The notes under the pieces are model-generated. The model saw only the letters and a list, made by a program, of their open reading frames with translations. It did not search any database and was not told the origin of the DNA. A program made the position numbers and the translations under genes. Positions 7,702 through 16,845 of a stretch of DNA of 41,331 bases are shown here, one piece after another. The DNA comes from Kofleriaceae bacterium (lineage in GTDB: Bacteria > Myxococcota_A > Polyangia > Haliangiales > Haliangiaceae): NCBI GenBank assembly GCA_046597055.1, contig JBKJLC010000167.1:1-41331 (forward strand), read 5' to 3'. Position 1 is the first letter of the stretch. Each line of letters begins with the position of its first letter.

Positions 7702-9317
7702 GGGCCGCGATCGCGATCGTCATGGTCAGCGCGGCTGCGACCCCGGCCGTGGCCCAGCAGGTCGAGGAAGATCGCTTCTTCGTCGACAAGGACGACGAGG
7801 ACGCCGACAAGACGCTGTGGCAGGGCAGCCTGACCGCCAGCACGTTCCTGTTCCGCGAGAGCGGCGGGCTGGGCACGCCCCTGATGCCGGGTGGCGCGCA
7901 GGTCGACAACGCCAGTCCGTTCCAGCGGCTGTTCACCGAGCTGCGCGCCCAGCTCGATGGGCGCCACCTGCGCGGCGGGCGCTGGGATCTGCGCGCCGAT
8001 GCCCGGGCCCGCATCGTCAACGATCCGGCCGACGCCAATCCGCTGACGCAGGACAACTCGGTCCAGTCGGGCGCGTACGGCGGCGCCGAGTACGACGTGC
8101 GCGACCTGTACCTGGTGCGCACCGGTCGCCGGACCGATCTGTTCGTCGGTCGTCAGACCGTGGGCGATCTGGCCGCGACCAAGATCGACGGCGTGCGGCT
8201 CGACTACGCGGCGAGCACCCGCTGGACCTACCTGGGCTTTGCCGGCCTGTATCCGCTGCGCGGCTCGCGGTCGGTCACGACCGACTACCCGACGGCGAGC
8301 GATCGCGGCGCCGGCAAGACCCGGCCGCTGCCGGTGGCCGGCGGGTTCGGCGGCGCCTACCGGACGATGCGCTCCTACGGCGCGATCGGCGGCGTCGCGA
8401 TCGTCACGCCGCAGCGCGACCCCGCCACCGGCACCTACGAGAAGCCGCGGGTGTTCGTCACCGCCAACGGCTACTGGCGGCGGACCCCTGCGTTCGATCT
8501 CTTTCACTACTTCGTCGTCGACCTCTACGGTCCCGGTGGGTTCGCCCTCACCAACGCGACCCTGGGCGCGCAGTGGAAGGTGAAGCCGCGGTTCCGGCTC
8601 AACCTCAGCGGGACCCGGGTCGACCCCGAGGTGCTCACCATCCAGATCCGCGATCGCCTCGAGGACGGCGAGCCGCTGGCGAACACCCCGCTCAACAACG
8701 TCGAGGTCCAGCGCATCGCGTCGGACTCGGTGCGAGCGTCTGCGTCGGCCGGGTTCGGCAGTTCCAGCCGGTTCGAGCTGACGGTCGGGATGAACGGTCG
8801 TCGGCGCGCCGAGGTCCAGCTCACCGACAACACCGCCGACACCGCCGACCGCGTGCTCCCGGCCGCGCAAGCGGTCGAGCTCATGGTGCAGGGCGTCGAT
8901 CGCCGCTTCTACGGCGGGCTCCGGCTCGATCTGATGTACCTGCGCACGGTCGGCATCGGCGCCTCGAGCTACGCGCGATCGACCGGCCAGCTGGTGCGCC
9001 TGGGCGCCCGCAAGGAGCTTGGCGACGGCCGGTCCGAGGTGCAGGCCGATGTCGCGCTGGTGCAGAGCGCCGACGACGACGCTGGCACGGTGTGCGTGCC
9101 CGGTGGCCTGACGAGCTGCTTCGGCAGCGCCAACACCCGCGGGCTCCAGGGCAACCTGACCGGGTACCACCGGCTCAAGGCCGACTGGTACGTGACCGGT
9201 GTGCTCGGCATCGCCAGCCAGAAGATCACGGTGACCGAGCTGATGGGCACCGGCGGCGTCCCGCAGTCGACCACGGTCAGCACCACGGCGTTCCTGCGCG
9301 TCGGCTACCGGTTCTGA
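7698..9317 (+). CDS. outer-membrane beta-barrel (putative cytochrome-associated porin, 539 aa)
   Basis: ATGA overlap with the cytochrome stop, signal peptide MRAAIAIVMVSAAATPAVA, many amphipathic strands and a C-terminal BAM-type motif FLRVGYRF. Confidence 0.85.
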   Translation: MRAAIAIVMVSAAATPAVAQQVEEDRFFVDKDDEDADKTLWQGSLTASTFLFRESGGLGTPLMPGGAQVDNASPFQRLFTELRAQLDGRHLRGGRWDLRADARARIVNDPADANPLTQDNSVQSGAYGGAEYDVRDLYLVRTGRRTDLFVGRQTVGDLAATKIDGVRLDYAASTRWTYLGFAGLYPLRGSRSVTTDYPTASDRGAGKTRPLPVAGGFGGAYRTMRSYGAIGGVAIVTPQRDPATGTYEKPRVFVTANGYWRRTPAFDLFHYFVVDLYGPGGFALTNATLGAQWKVKPRFRLNLSGTRVDPEVLTIQIRDRLEDGEPLANTPLNNVEVQRIASDSVRASASAGFGSSSRFELTVGMNGRRRAEVQLTDNTADTADRVLPAAQAVELMVQGVDRRFYGGLRLDLMYLRTVGIGASSYARSTGQLVRLGARKELGDGRSEVQADVALVQSADDDAGTVCVPGGLTSCFGSANTRGLQGNLTGYHRLKADWYVTGVLGIASQKITVTELMGTGGVPQSTTVSTTAFLRVGYRF

Positions 9318-9410
9318 GCGGCGGTCGCGGTCCCGATGTGTGTGTGCGGGCTACCCGTGCTGCGGCCCTGCACGTCGGCGTGCGCCAGCGCTGATCGAGC
9401 GCGGCCCGGT

Positions 9411-9443
9411 CCGGCAGCGACCCCGTGAAATTTTCGCTGCCGG
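9411..9443. promoter_or_regulatory. perfect 10-bp inverted repeat between the porin and adhesin genes
   Basis: CCGGCAGCGA-ccccgtgaaattt-TCGCTGCCGG with no U-tract, so it could be a hairpin or an operator. Confidence 0.4.
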
Positions 9444-9480
9444 CCGCGAACCGGTGCGGCGTTGCGTGCAGACTCCGAGC

Positions 9481-12400
9481 ATGGGAAGTCAGGGCGCGAC
9501 GCTGGCGGCGGTGTGCGGGGTCCTCATCGGGTTGGCCGCGTGTGGTGACAACCTGCCGCCCCACGCGGACCGGGACGACGACGAGGTCGCCGACGCGGAC
9601 GACAACTGTCCCGAGACCGCCAACCCGACGCAAGCGGACGGCGACGGCGATGGAGTCGGCGACGCCTGCGATCCGTGTCCCGACGATGCCGCCAACCCGG
9701 CCGGATGCGGCAACCGGGCCGACCAGACGATCACCTTCACCTCGCCCGCGCCGACGACCGCGGCGGCGGGGGGGCCGCCGTACCTGGTGACCGCGACCGC
9801 AACCTCGGGGCTGGCGGTCGTGCTCTCGATCGACCAGACCGCGGCCGGGGTGTGCGCGATCGCCGGCGCGACCGTGTCGTTCACCGGCGTCGGCACCTGC
9901 GTCGTCAACGCCAACCAGGCCGGCGACGCCAGCTTCGATCCCGCGCCCCAGGTGCAGCAGACCTTCGCCGTGGGCAAGGGCGCGCAGACGATCAGCTTCA
10001 ACTCGACGGCCCCCACCACGGCAGCGCTCGGCGGCGCGACCTACACCGTGACCGCCACCGCCACCTCGGGCCTGCCGGTCGTGTTGACGATCGACGCCAG
10101 CGCGGCCGGGGTGTGCTCGATCACCGGCCCGACCGTGGCGTTCATCGGCGTCGGCACGTGCGTGATCAACGCCAACCAGCCTGGCGACGCCACCTACGAT
10201 GCGGCGCCGCAGGTGCAGCAGTCGTTCGCGGTGGGCCGGGGCGCCCAGACGATCAGCTTCACCTCGACCCCACCGACCGCCGCGACCGTGGGCGGCGCGA
10301 CCTACACGGTGGCCGCGGCCGCGACCTCGGGGCTCGCGGTCACCTTCACGATCGACGCGGCGGCGGCCGGCGTGTGCACGATCGCCGGCGCGACGGTCGC
10401 GTTCATCGGCGCGGGCACGTGCGTGATCGACGCGAACCAGGCGGGCAACGCCAGCTACACCGCGGCGCCGCAGGTGCGGCAGACCTTCACGGTGGTCCGG
10501 GCGACGCAGACCATCAGCTTCACCTCGACGGCGCCGACGGATGCCGCGATCGGGGGGCCGACCTACGCCGTGACCGCGACCGCGACCTCGGGCTTGCCGG
10601 TCGGGTTCACGATCAACCCGCTGGCGACCGGCGTGTGCACCCTCGCGGGCGCGACGGTGTCGTTCATCGGCACCGGCACGTGCGTGATCGACGCCAACCA
10701 GCCAGGCGATGCCCGCTTCGCCCCCGCGCCCCAGGTCCAGCAGACCATCAGCGTGGGACGGGCCGCGCAGACGATCCGCTTCACCTCCACCGCACCGACG
10801 ACGGCGGCGGTCGCGGGCGCCACGTATGCCGTGGCCGCGGTCGCGACCTCGGGGCTCCCGGTCGCGCTGACGATCGACGCCGCGGCCGCCGGGGTCTGCA
10901 CGATCGCGGGCGGCACGGTGACGTTCATCGGCGCCGGCACCTGCGTGATCAACGCCAACCAGGCCGGCGATGGCGGCTTCAGCCCCGCGCCGCAGGTGCA
11001 GCAGTCGTTCGCGGTCGCGCCGGGCACGCAGTCGATCCGCTTCACCTCGACCGCCCCGGTGGACGCCACGGTGAATGGCGCGACCTACACGGTGACCGCG
11101 ACCGCGACCTCCGGGCTCGCGGTCGCCGTGACGATCGACGCGGCAGCGGCCGGGGTGTGCACCCTCGCGGGCACGACCGTGTCGTTCATCGGCGCCGGCA
11201 CCTGCGTGATCAATGCCAACCAGGCCGGTGACGCCAACCACAGTCCGGCGCCCCAGGTGCAGCAGTCCTTCCCCGTGGCCCGAGCCGCGCAGACCATCAC
11301 CTTCACCTCGGTCGCGCCGGCCGCGGCGACCGTCGCGGGCGCCACCTACACCGTGACGGCGACCGCGACCTCGGGGCTGCCGGTCGCCTTCACGATCGAC
11401 GCGGCGGCGAGCGGGGTGTGCTCGATCGCCGGTGCGACGGTCTCGTTCATCGGCGCCGGGACCTGCCTGGTGAACGCCAACCAGGCCGGCGACGCCGACT
11501 ACAACCCGGCGCCGCAGGTGCAGCAGTCGTTCGCGGTGGGCCGGGGCGCGCAGACGATCACCTTCACGTCGACCGCGCCGGCCGCGGCGGCGGTCGGCGC
11601 GGCGACTTACACGGTGACCGCGACCTCGACCTCGGGCCTGCCGGTGACGTTCACGATCAACCCGCTGGCGATCGGGGTGTGCTCGATCGCGGGCGCGACG
11701 GTGTCGTTCATCGGCGCCGGCACGTGCGTCATCGACGCCAACCAGGCCGGCAACGCCAGCTTCGACCCGGCGCCGCAGGTGCAGCAGACGTTCGTGGTCG
11801 GCCGCGGGGCGCAGTCGATCAGCTTCACGTCGGCGGCGCCGGCGGCGGCCGCGGTCGGCGGCGCGACCTACCCGGTGACCGCGGCCGCGACCTCGGGCCT
11901 GCCGGTGAGCTTCACGATCAACCCGGTGGCGGCCGGGGTCTGCTCGATCGCGGGCGCGACGGTCTCGTTCATCGGCGCTGGCACGTGCGTCATCGACGCC
12001 AACCAGGCCGGCAACGCCAGCTACAACCCGGCGCCGCAGGTGCAGCAGACGTTCGTGGTCGGTCGCGGCGCGCAGACCGTCAGCTTCACGTCGACCGCGC
12101 CGGCCACGGCGACCGTCGGCGGCGCGACCTACACGGTGAGCGCGACCGCGACCTCGGGGCTCGCGGTCGCCTTTTCGATCGACGCGGCGGCGGCCGGGGT
12201 GTGCTCGATCGCGGGCGCGACCGTCTCGTTCCTCGGCGCTGGCACTTGCCTGGTCAACGCCGACCAGGCCGGCAACGCCGACTTCGACGCGGCGCCGCAG
12301 GTGCAGCAGGCATTCGCGGTGGGCCCGGGCGCGCAGACGATCAGCTTCACGTCGACCGCGCCGGCGGCGGCGACGGTCGGCGGCGCGACCTACACGGTGA

Positions 12401-15210
12401 CCGCGACCGCGACGTCGGGCCTCCCGGTGACGCTCACGGTCAGCGCGGCGGCGGCCGGGGTGTGCACGATCGCCGGCGCGACGGTGTCGTTCACCGGCGT
12501 CGGCACGTGCGTCCTCAATGCCAACCAGGCCGGCAACGCCAGCTACAACTCCGCGCCGCAGGTCCAGCAGTCGTTCGCCGTGACCGGCGCCGCGCAGACG
12601 ATCAGCTTCACCTCGACCGCGCCGGCCGCGGCGACCGTCGGCGGCGCGACCTACACGGTGACCGCGACCGCGACCTCGGGGCTGGCGGTCGCCCTCACCA
12701 TCGATCCGGTGGCGAGCGGCGTGTGCTCGATCGCGGGCGCGACGGTGACGTTCGTGACCGCCGGCACGTGCGTGATCGACGCCAACCAGGCCGGCAACGC
12801 GACCTACGACCCGGCGCCGCAAGTGCAACAGGCCTTCGCGGTGCCCCGGGGCGCCCAGACCATCACCTTCACCTCGACCGCACCGACCAGCGCGGCGTAC
12901 CAGGGCGCCACCTACGCCGTCACCGCGACCGCCACGTCCGGGCTCCCGGTGGCGCTGACCATCGATGGCGCGTCGGCCGGGGTGTGCTCGATCGCGGGCG
13001 GGACGGTGTCCTTCATCGGCACCGGCACGTGCGTGGTCAACGCCAACCAGGCCGGCACGGCTGGCTATGAACCGGCGGCCCAGGTGCAGCAGGTCATCCT
13101 GGTCGGACCCCGGCTGGTGGCGGATAGCTACAGCGTGGTGGGCAACACCCAGCTCGTGGCCGCCAACCACTCGACGCCGACCACCCCGTTCACGATCGAC
13201 GCGACCACGATCCTGGCCAACGACGCCTCGAACGTCGCCATCACCCTGAGTGCGGTCACCGGCGCCGCGACCACCGGTGGCGGATCGATCACCATCGACG
13301 GCAGCGGGCGCTTCCTCTACACGCCGCCGGTGGGCGTCGCGTCGGGGACCGATACCTACGTGTACACGGGCACGTCCAGTGGCGTGGCGCGCACCGCGAC
13401 CCTCACGTTCAACATCGCGAACATCGTCTGGTACGTCAACAGCGCGTCGACGGCAGCTCGCGATGGCCGCTCGAGCTCGCCCTTCCTCAACCTGGGCCCG
13501 GGCGCCGGCAACCTCGGCACCGCGGCCGGCGCCGGTGCGTACATCTACGTGCACCGCGGCGCGGCCACGACCCCCGGTGCGCACACGCTGCTGACCAATC
13601 AGCGGCTCGTCGGCGCAGGCGCCGCGCTCGCGGTCGGTGCCCTGAGCATCGCCGGCAACACCGCGAACACGCCGACCTTGGCAGGTACCCTGTCTGCCAC
13701 CGGCGTCTCCGGGGTGCTCGTGACCGGCATCCGGATGTCGACCGGCGGGTCGACCGCGGTGAACCTGACCAACGTCGACGGCTCCTTCACCTTCACCCGG
13801 ATCGACGTCAACGGCGCGCCGAACGGGATCGTCTGGAACAACGCGACCGCCGCCCTGGCCAGCAGCAGCCTCCGGGTCACCGGCGACGACACGAACACGG
13901 CGCTCGGCGGCAACGGCAGCGGCGGCGTGCTCACCAACACGAGCGGCGCCGACGGGGCGATCGCCGGCAACGGCGTCTACCTGAACAACGTGGGGAACGT
14001 GGAGCTGCGCCGGATGGTCATCAACGGCACGATGCAGAACCACGCGATCCGCGGCTACCGGGTGAACGGCTTCGTCCTGGAGTACTCGACCGTAGTCGGC
14101 GTCCACGGCACCGCCGGGTCGCTGGCAGCGCCGGAGACGGCGGGTGAGGGCGCCATCTACTTCGGCAACACCGCGACCAACGGCCTGTCGACCGCGGCCA
14201 CCTTCACCAGCAACGTCATCAGCTCCGGTCGCGGGCGCAACCTGTCCATCATCAACACCGTCGCGGGCACCACCAGCCTGACGATCCGGAGCAACAGCTT
14301 CGGGCTCAACCAGAACTTCGCCGACGCCGGGCACAGCGTGGCGGTGGAGGCGCGTGGCAGCGGGACGATCCTCAACACCACCATCGGCGGCACCGCGGCC
14401 CAGGCCAACACCTTCACCGGTGCGCCGGGCGACCTGGTCAACGTCACCGGTCAGGCCGGGACCGTCGTGGACGTACAGCTCAGGACCAACTCGATGTCAA
14501 ACGGCCACGCCAACAACACGGTTGGCGGCGGCGGGGTGACGCTGGCCACCCAGGGCACGATGACCTTCACCGTCGACGGCAACAGCCTGCGCGGGGCCGA
14601 CGGCAGCGCCCTCACGCTGCAGAAGGCCAGCGCGGGCGCCCTGCTGTCGGGCCGCGTGACCAACAACGTCATCGGCGTCAGCGGGAGCGTCGGGTCGGGC
14701 TCGAAGTCGGGCAATGGCATCTTCCTGTCCGCCGCCGGCGCCGGCACCGTCGGCCTGACCGTCCTCAACAACCAGATTCGCAACTGGGCCAACGCGGGCG
14801 TGAGCCTCGACAACACCGGTGGCAGCTACGCGGCGAACTTCACGATCCAGGGCAACGTCATCGCCGAGCCCGGCGCCGGGGCCTTCTCGTCGCTCGCCGT
14901 CACCAACGGCGCGCCCGGCTCCACCGATACGGTCAACGTGTGCGCGGTCATCGGCGGGGGCAGCGTCGGCCTGCGCAACTCCTTCACCGGGGCCGCGGCC
15001 GTGGCCGACGTGTACCTGGGCGCGAGCGGTGCCGCCAGCGGCCACACGTTCAACCTGCCGGGCTACGCGGGCGGCGGCCTGGCGGGGGTGCAGGCCTTCG
15101 TGAGCAGCAACAACAGCATCGCCGGCGGCGCGGCCTACATCGCTTATGCGGACGCTCCGGCGACCGCGGCCGCCTTCACGGGCACCGGGGGCGTGTGCCC
15201 GACCCCGTGA
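9481..15210 (+). CDS. giant surface lipoprotein/adhesin (1909 aa): thrombospondin type-3-like Ca-binding motifs, 13 Ig-like repeats, a Big_9/tandem-95-like domain and a C-terminal beta-helix
   Basis: Lipobox GLAA|C. DRDDDEVADADDNCP...DGDGDGVGDACD. 13 repeats of 87 aa. DSYSVVGN...ILAND...FLYTPPVG..GTDTYVY. Asn/Gly/Thr-rich beta-solenoid-like C-terminus starting at IVWYVNS...DGRSSSPF. Confidence 0.9.
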   Translation: MGSQGATLAAVCGVLIGLAACGDNLPPHADRDDDEVADADDNCPETANPTQADGDGDGVGDACDPCPDDAANPAGCGNRADQTITFTSPAPTTAAAGGPPYLVTATATSGLAVVLSIDQTAAGVCAIAGATVSFTGVGTCVVNANQAGDASFDPAPQVQQTFAVGKGAQTISFNSTAPTTAALGGATYTVTATATSGLPVVLTIDASAAGVCSITGPTVAFIGVGTCVINANQPGDATYDAAPQVQQSFAVGRGAQTISFTSTPPTAATVGGATYTVAAAATSGLAVTFTIDAAAAGVCTIAGATVAFIGAGTCVIDANQAGNASYTAAPQVRQTFTVVRATQTISFTSTAPTDAAIGGPTYAVTATATSGLPVGFTINPLATGVCTLAGATVSFIGTGTCVIDANQPGDARFAPAPQVQQTISVGRAAQTIRFTSTAPTTAAVAGATYAVAAVATSGLPVALTIDAAAAGVCTIAGGTVTFIGAGTCVINANQAGDGGFSPAPQVQQSFAVAPGTQSIRFTSTAPVDATVNGATYTVTATATSGLAVAVTIDAAAAGVCTLAGTTVSFIGAGTCVINANQAGDANHSPAPQVQQSFPVARAAQTITFTSVAPAAATVAGATYTVTATATSGLPVAFTIDAAASGVCSIAGATVSFIGAGTCLVNANQAGDADYNPAPQVQQSFAVGRGAQTITFTSTAPAAAAVGAATYTVTATSTSGLPVTFTINPLAIGVCSIAGATVSFIGAGTCVIDANQAGNASFDPAPQVQQTFVVGRGAQSISFTSAAPAAAAVGGATYPVTAAATSGLPVSFTINPVAAGVCSIAGATVSFIGAGTCVIDANQAGNASYNPAPQVQQTFVVGRGAQTVSFTSTAPATATVGGATYTVSATATSGLAVAFSIDAAAAGVCSIAGATVSFLGAGTCLVNADQAGNADFDAAPQVQQAFAVGPGAQTISFTSTAPAAATVGGATYTVTATATSGLPVTLTVSAAAAGVCTIAGATVSFTGVGTCVLNANQAGNASYNSAPQVQQSFAVTGAAQTISFTSTAPAAATVGGATYTVTATATSGLAVALTIDPVASGVCSIAGATVTFVTAGTCVIDANQAGNATYDPAPQVQQAFAVPRGAQTITFTSTAPTSAAYQGATYAVTATATSGLPVALTIDGASAGVCSIAGGTVSFIGTGTCVVNANQAGTAGYEPAAQVQQVILVGPRLVADSYSVVGNTQLVAANHSTPTTPFTIDATTILANDASNVAITLSAVTGAATTGGGSITIDGSGRFLYTPPVGVASGTDTYVYTGTSSGVARTATLTFNIANIVWYVNSASTAARDGRSSSPFLNLGPGAGNLGTAAGAGAYIYVHRGAATTPGAHTLLTNQRLVGAGAALAVGALSIAGNTANTPTLAGTLSATGVSGVLVTGIRMSTGGSTAVNLTNVDGSFTFTRIDVNGAPNGIVWNNATAALASSSLRVTGDDTNTALGGNGSGGVLTNTSGADGAIAGNGVYLNNVGNVELRRMVINGTMQNHAIRGYRVNGFVLEYSTVVGVHGTAGSLAAPETAGEGAIYFGNTATNGLSTAATFTSNVISSGRGRNLSIINTVAGTTSLTIRSNSFGLNQNFADAGHSVAVEARGSGTILNTTIGGTAAQANTFTGAPGDLVNVTGQAGTVVDVQLRTNSMSNGHANNTVGGGGVTLATQGTMTFTVDGNSLRGADGSALTLQKASAGALLSGRVTNNVIGVSGSVGSGSKSGNGIFLSAAGAGTVGLTVLNNQIRNWANAGVSLDNTGGSYAANFTIQGNVIAEPGAGAFSSLAVTNGAPGSTDTVNVCAVIGGGSVGLRNSFTGAAAVADVYLGASGAASGHTFNLPGYAGGGLAGVQAFVSSNNSIAGGAAYIAYADAPATAAAFTGTGGVCPTP
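9724..13116 (+). repeat. 13 tandem 261-bp (87-aa) coding repeats
   Basis: The Q(T/S)(I/V)xFxS unit starts at 9724, 9985, 10246 ... 12856, an exact 261-bp period. Each unit has ATSGL, GVC, GTC and NQAG/NQPG motifs. Confidence 0.95.
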
Positions 15211-15256
15211 GGGTCAGGTCGCCCGCGCGACGCGACCGCCGCCGAGCTCGTCAGGT

Positions 15257-15559
15257 CTAGGCGAACACGGCTTCGTAGCGCATGCCGGCGGCGTCGGCGC
15301 CGAGCGGGACCAGGAAGATCTCGAGCGTGCCGAGCACCGGGTGCGCGAGCGGGTAGATGCGCTGTGGTACGTGTCCGGTCACCGCCGGGGTCCGGAACCG
15401 CAGCGCGAACGAGGCCCGCGGCGCGTTCGGCGGGGTCGGCAGCGCGTCGACCGCGAACAGCTCGAGCTCGAGCACGCCGTCGGTCAGCGGGAGCGCGAAC
15501 CGGCTGCCCAGGTGGGGTGCGAACGTCTCCTTGGTGACGCGGGCGAGGTCGATCGCCAT
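15257..15559 (-). CDS. small conserved protein of tail-collar loci (DUF6916-like)
   Basis: TFAPHLGSRF...SFALRF...PQRIYPLAHPVLGTLEIFLVPLG...YEAVFA pattern. It is the last gene of the tail-collar/GNAT operon. Confidence 0.8.
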   Translation of the reverse strand: MAIDLARVTKETFAPHLGSRFALPLTDGVLELELFAVDALPTPPNAPRASFALRFRTPAVTGHVPQRIYPLAHPVLGTLEIFLVPLGADAAGMRYEAVFA

Positions 15560-15560
15560 G

Positions 15561-16334
15561 TCAGCCGACGTACAGCACGCCGTCGCCGCCGAGGGTGACG
15601 TGGCGGGGCGCGGTGGTCAGCGGCACGGTGTCGAGGCGCTGGCCGCCGCGGTCGAACACCGCGAGCTCCGGCCGCGCGCGGTCCGCGACGTAGACCAGCT
15701 CGCCGTCGGTGGCGACCCCGCAGGGCAGGATCCAGTCGCCGGCGAACGCGCGGACCAGCGACCCGTCGTCGCGGAGCTCGACGACCTGCCGGCGGCCGAC
15801 GTCCGCGACCAGCAGATGATCGCCGATCATCGCCAGGCTCCGCGGCGCCATCAGCGCGTCGTGGCCGAGGCGTCGCACGACCTCGCCAGCCGGCGTCAGC
15901 TCGACGACCTCACCGTGCGCGGTGTCGGCCACGAACAGCCGGCGGCCGTGGGTGGTGATCCCGCTCGGGTACAGCAGCACGCCGTCGCCGAGGACGGCGT
16001 GGCAGCGGCCGTCGCGGTCGAACGCCTGGACGCGGTGGTTGCCCAGATCGACGACGTACGCGAGCCCGCCGACCACCGCGAGCGCCACCGGATGGTTCAG
16101 CTGGCCGCGCTCGGCGCCGAGCGCACCCACCCGCCGCACGCTGCCGCCGGGCGACGTGACGAGCATGTGATGACGATCCGGCACCAGCTGGTAGCGCGTG
16201 CCATCGGCCGCGATCGCCAGCGCGCCGGGGTCCCCCTCGATCAACGCCGGCCCGGCGGTCGTGCAGCCGGTCAGCGGCAGCACGGAGATCGCGATGCCGC
16301 CCGCCCCGAGTCGCAGGAACTCTCGTCGATCCAT
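15561..16334 (-). CDS. Tat-exported NHL-repeat (beta-propeller) lipoprotein
   Basis: MDRREFLRLGAGG twin-arginine motif and lipobox LTG|C. NHL repeats GQLNHPVALAV...YVVDLGNHRVQAF, YPSGI...FVADT and PCGVA...YVAD. Confidence 0.8.
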   Translation of the reverse strand: MDRREFLRLGAGGIAISVLPLTGCTTAGPALIEGDPGALAIAADGTRYQLVPDRHHMLVTSPGGSVRRVGALGAERGQLNHPVALAVVGGLAYVVDLGNHRVQAFDRDGRCHAVLGDGVLLYPSGITTHGRRLFVADTAHGEVVELTPAGEVVRRLGHDALMAPRSLAMIGDHLLVADVGRRQVVELRDDGSLVRAFAGDWILPCGVATDGELVYVADRARPELAVFDRGGQRLDTVPLTTAPRHVTLGGDGVLYVG

Positions 16335-16344
16335 GGTCTTGATC

Positions 16345-16845
16345 CTATCCAGGTGAGCTCGCTCGCGCGAGCTCGGGTTGCCATCGCATCCGGAGGTACA
16401 CACCGGCGTCTTCTTCCGGCGCGAAGCCGAGGCGCCGATATAGCCGCAGCGCCGGGTTGAATCGCTCGACGTGGATGCTGACGCTGCCCGTGGCCTGCGC
16501 CAGCACCGCGCGGAGCAGCGTCGTGCCGAGCCCGCGGCCGCAGCAGTCGGGCGCCAGGGCGATGTCGACCACGCGCAGATCGCGCTCGCCCCAGAACAGG
16601 ATCAGGCGCCCGATCGGGTGGCCATCACGCTCGACGACGAGGAACTCGGCGTCCGCGTAGTGAAGATCGTAGTGGCGCGTCTGGGCCTCGAACTGCGCGC
16701 GCAAGAAGGCCCGCTTGGCGTCGTCGGGCCAGGGGACCGGGGCGAGCTCGGCCGCCCGCGTCGAGGCGTACAGCGTCGCCAGCAGCTCGGTGTCGGCCGG
16801 CGTCCGCGGCCGGGCGGTCAGTCCCGGTGGGGGAATGAACCTCAC
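16345..16845 (-). CDS. GNAT family N-acetyltransferase
   Basis: GTG start overlaps the upstream TGA (GTGA). LYASTR..EL, QFEAQ..HY, acetyl-CoA motif VVDIAL...GRGLGT and NPALRLYRRLGF. Confidence 0.88.
   Translation of the reverse strand: MRFIPPPGLTARPRTPADTELLATLYASTRAAELAPVPWPDDAKRAFLRAQFEAQTRHYDLHYADAEFLVVERDGHPIGRLILFWGERDLRVVDIALAPDCCGRGLGTTLLRAVLAQATGSVSIHVERFNPALRLYRRLGFAPEEDAGVYLRMRWQPELARASSPG

Noticed and set aside
9724..13116. Regular repeat array considered as CRISPR
   Set aside because: The units are 261-bp in-frame coding repeats with no short repeat/unique spacer structure, and there are no cas genes.
9277..14334. 1685-aa minus-strand ORF and other long Arg/Gly-rich ORFs (e.g. 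7595-9394, 24242-27085, 33488-36379, 37801-39753)
   Set aside because: These are antisense or off-frame shadows of real genes, expected in high-GC DNA. They have no protein motifs.
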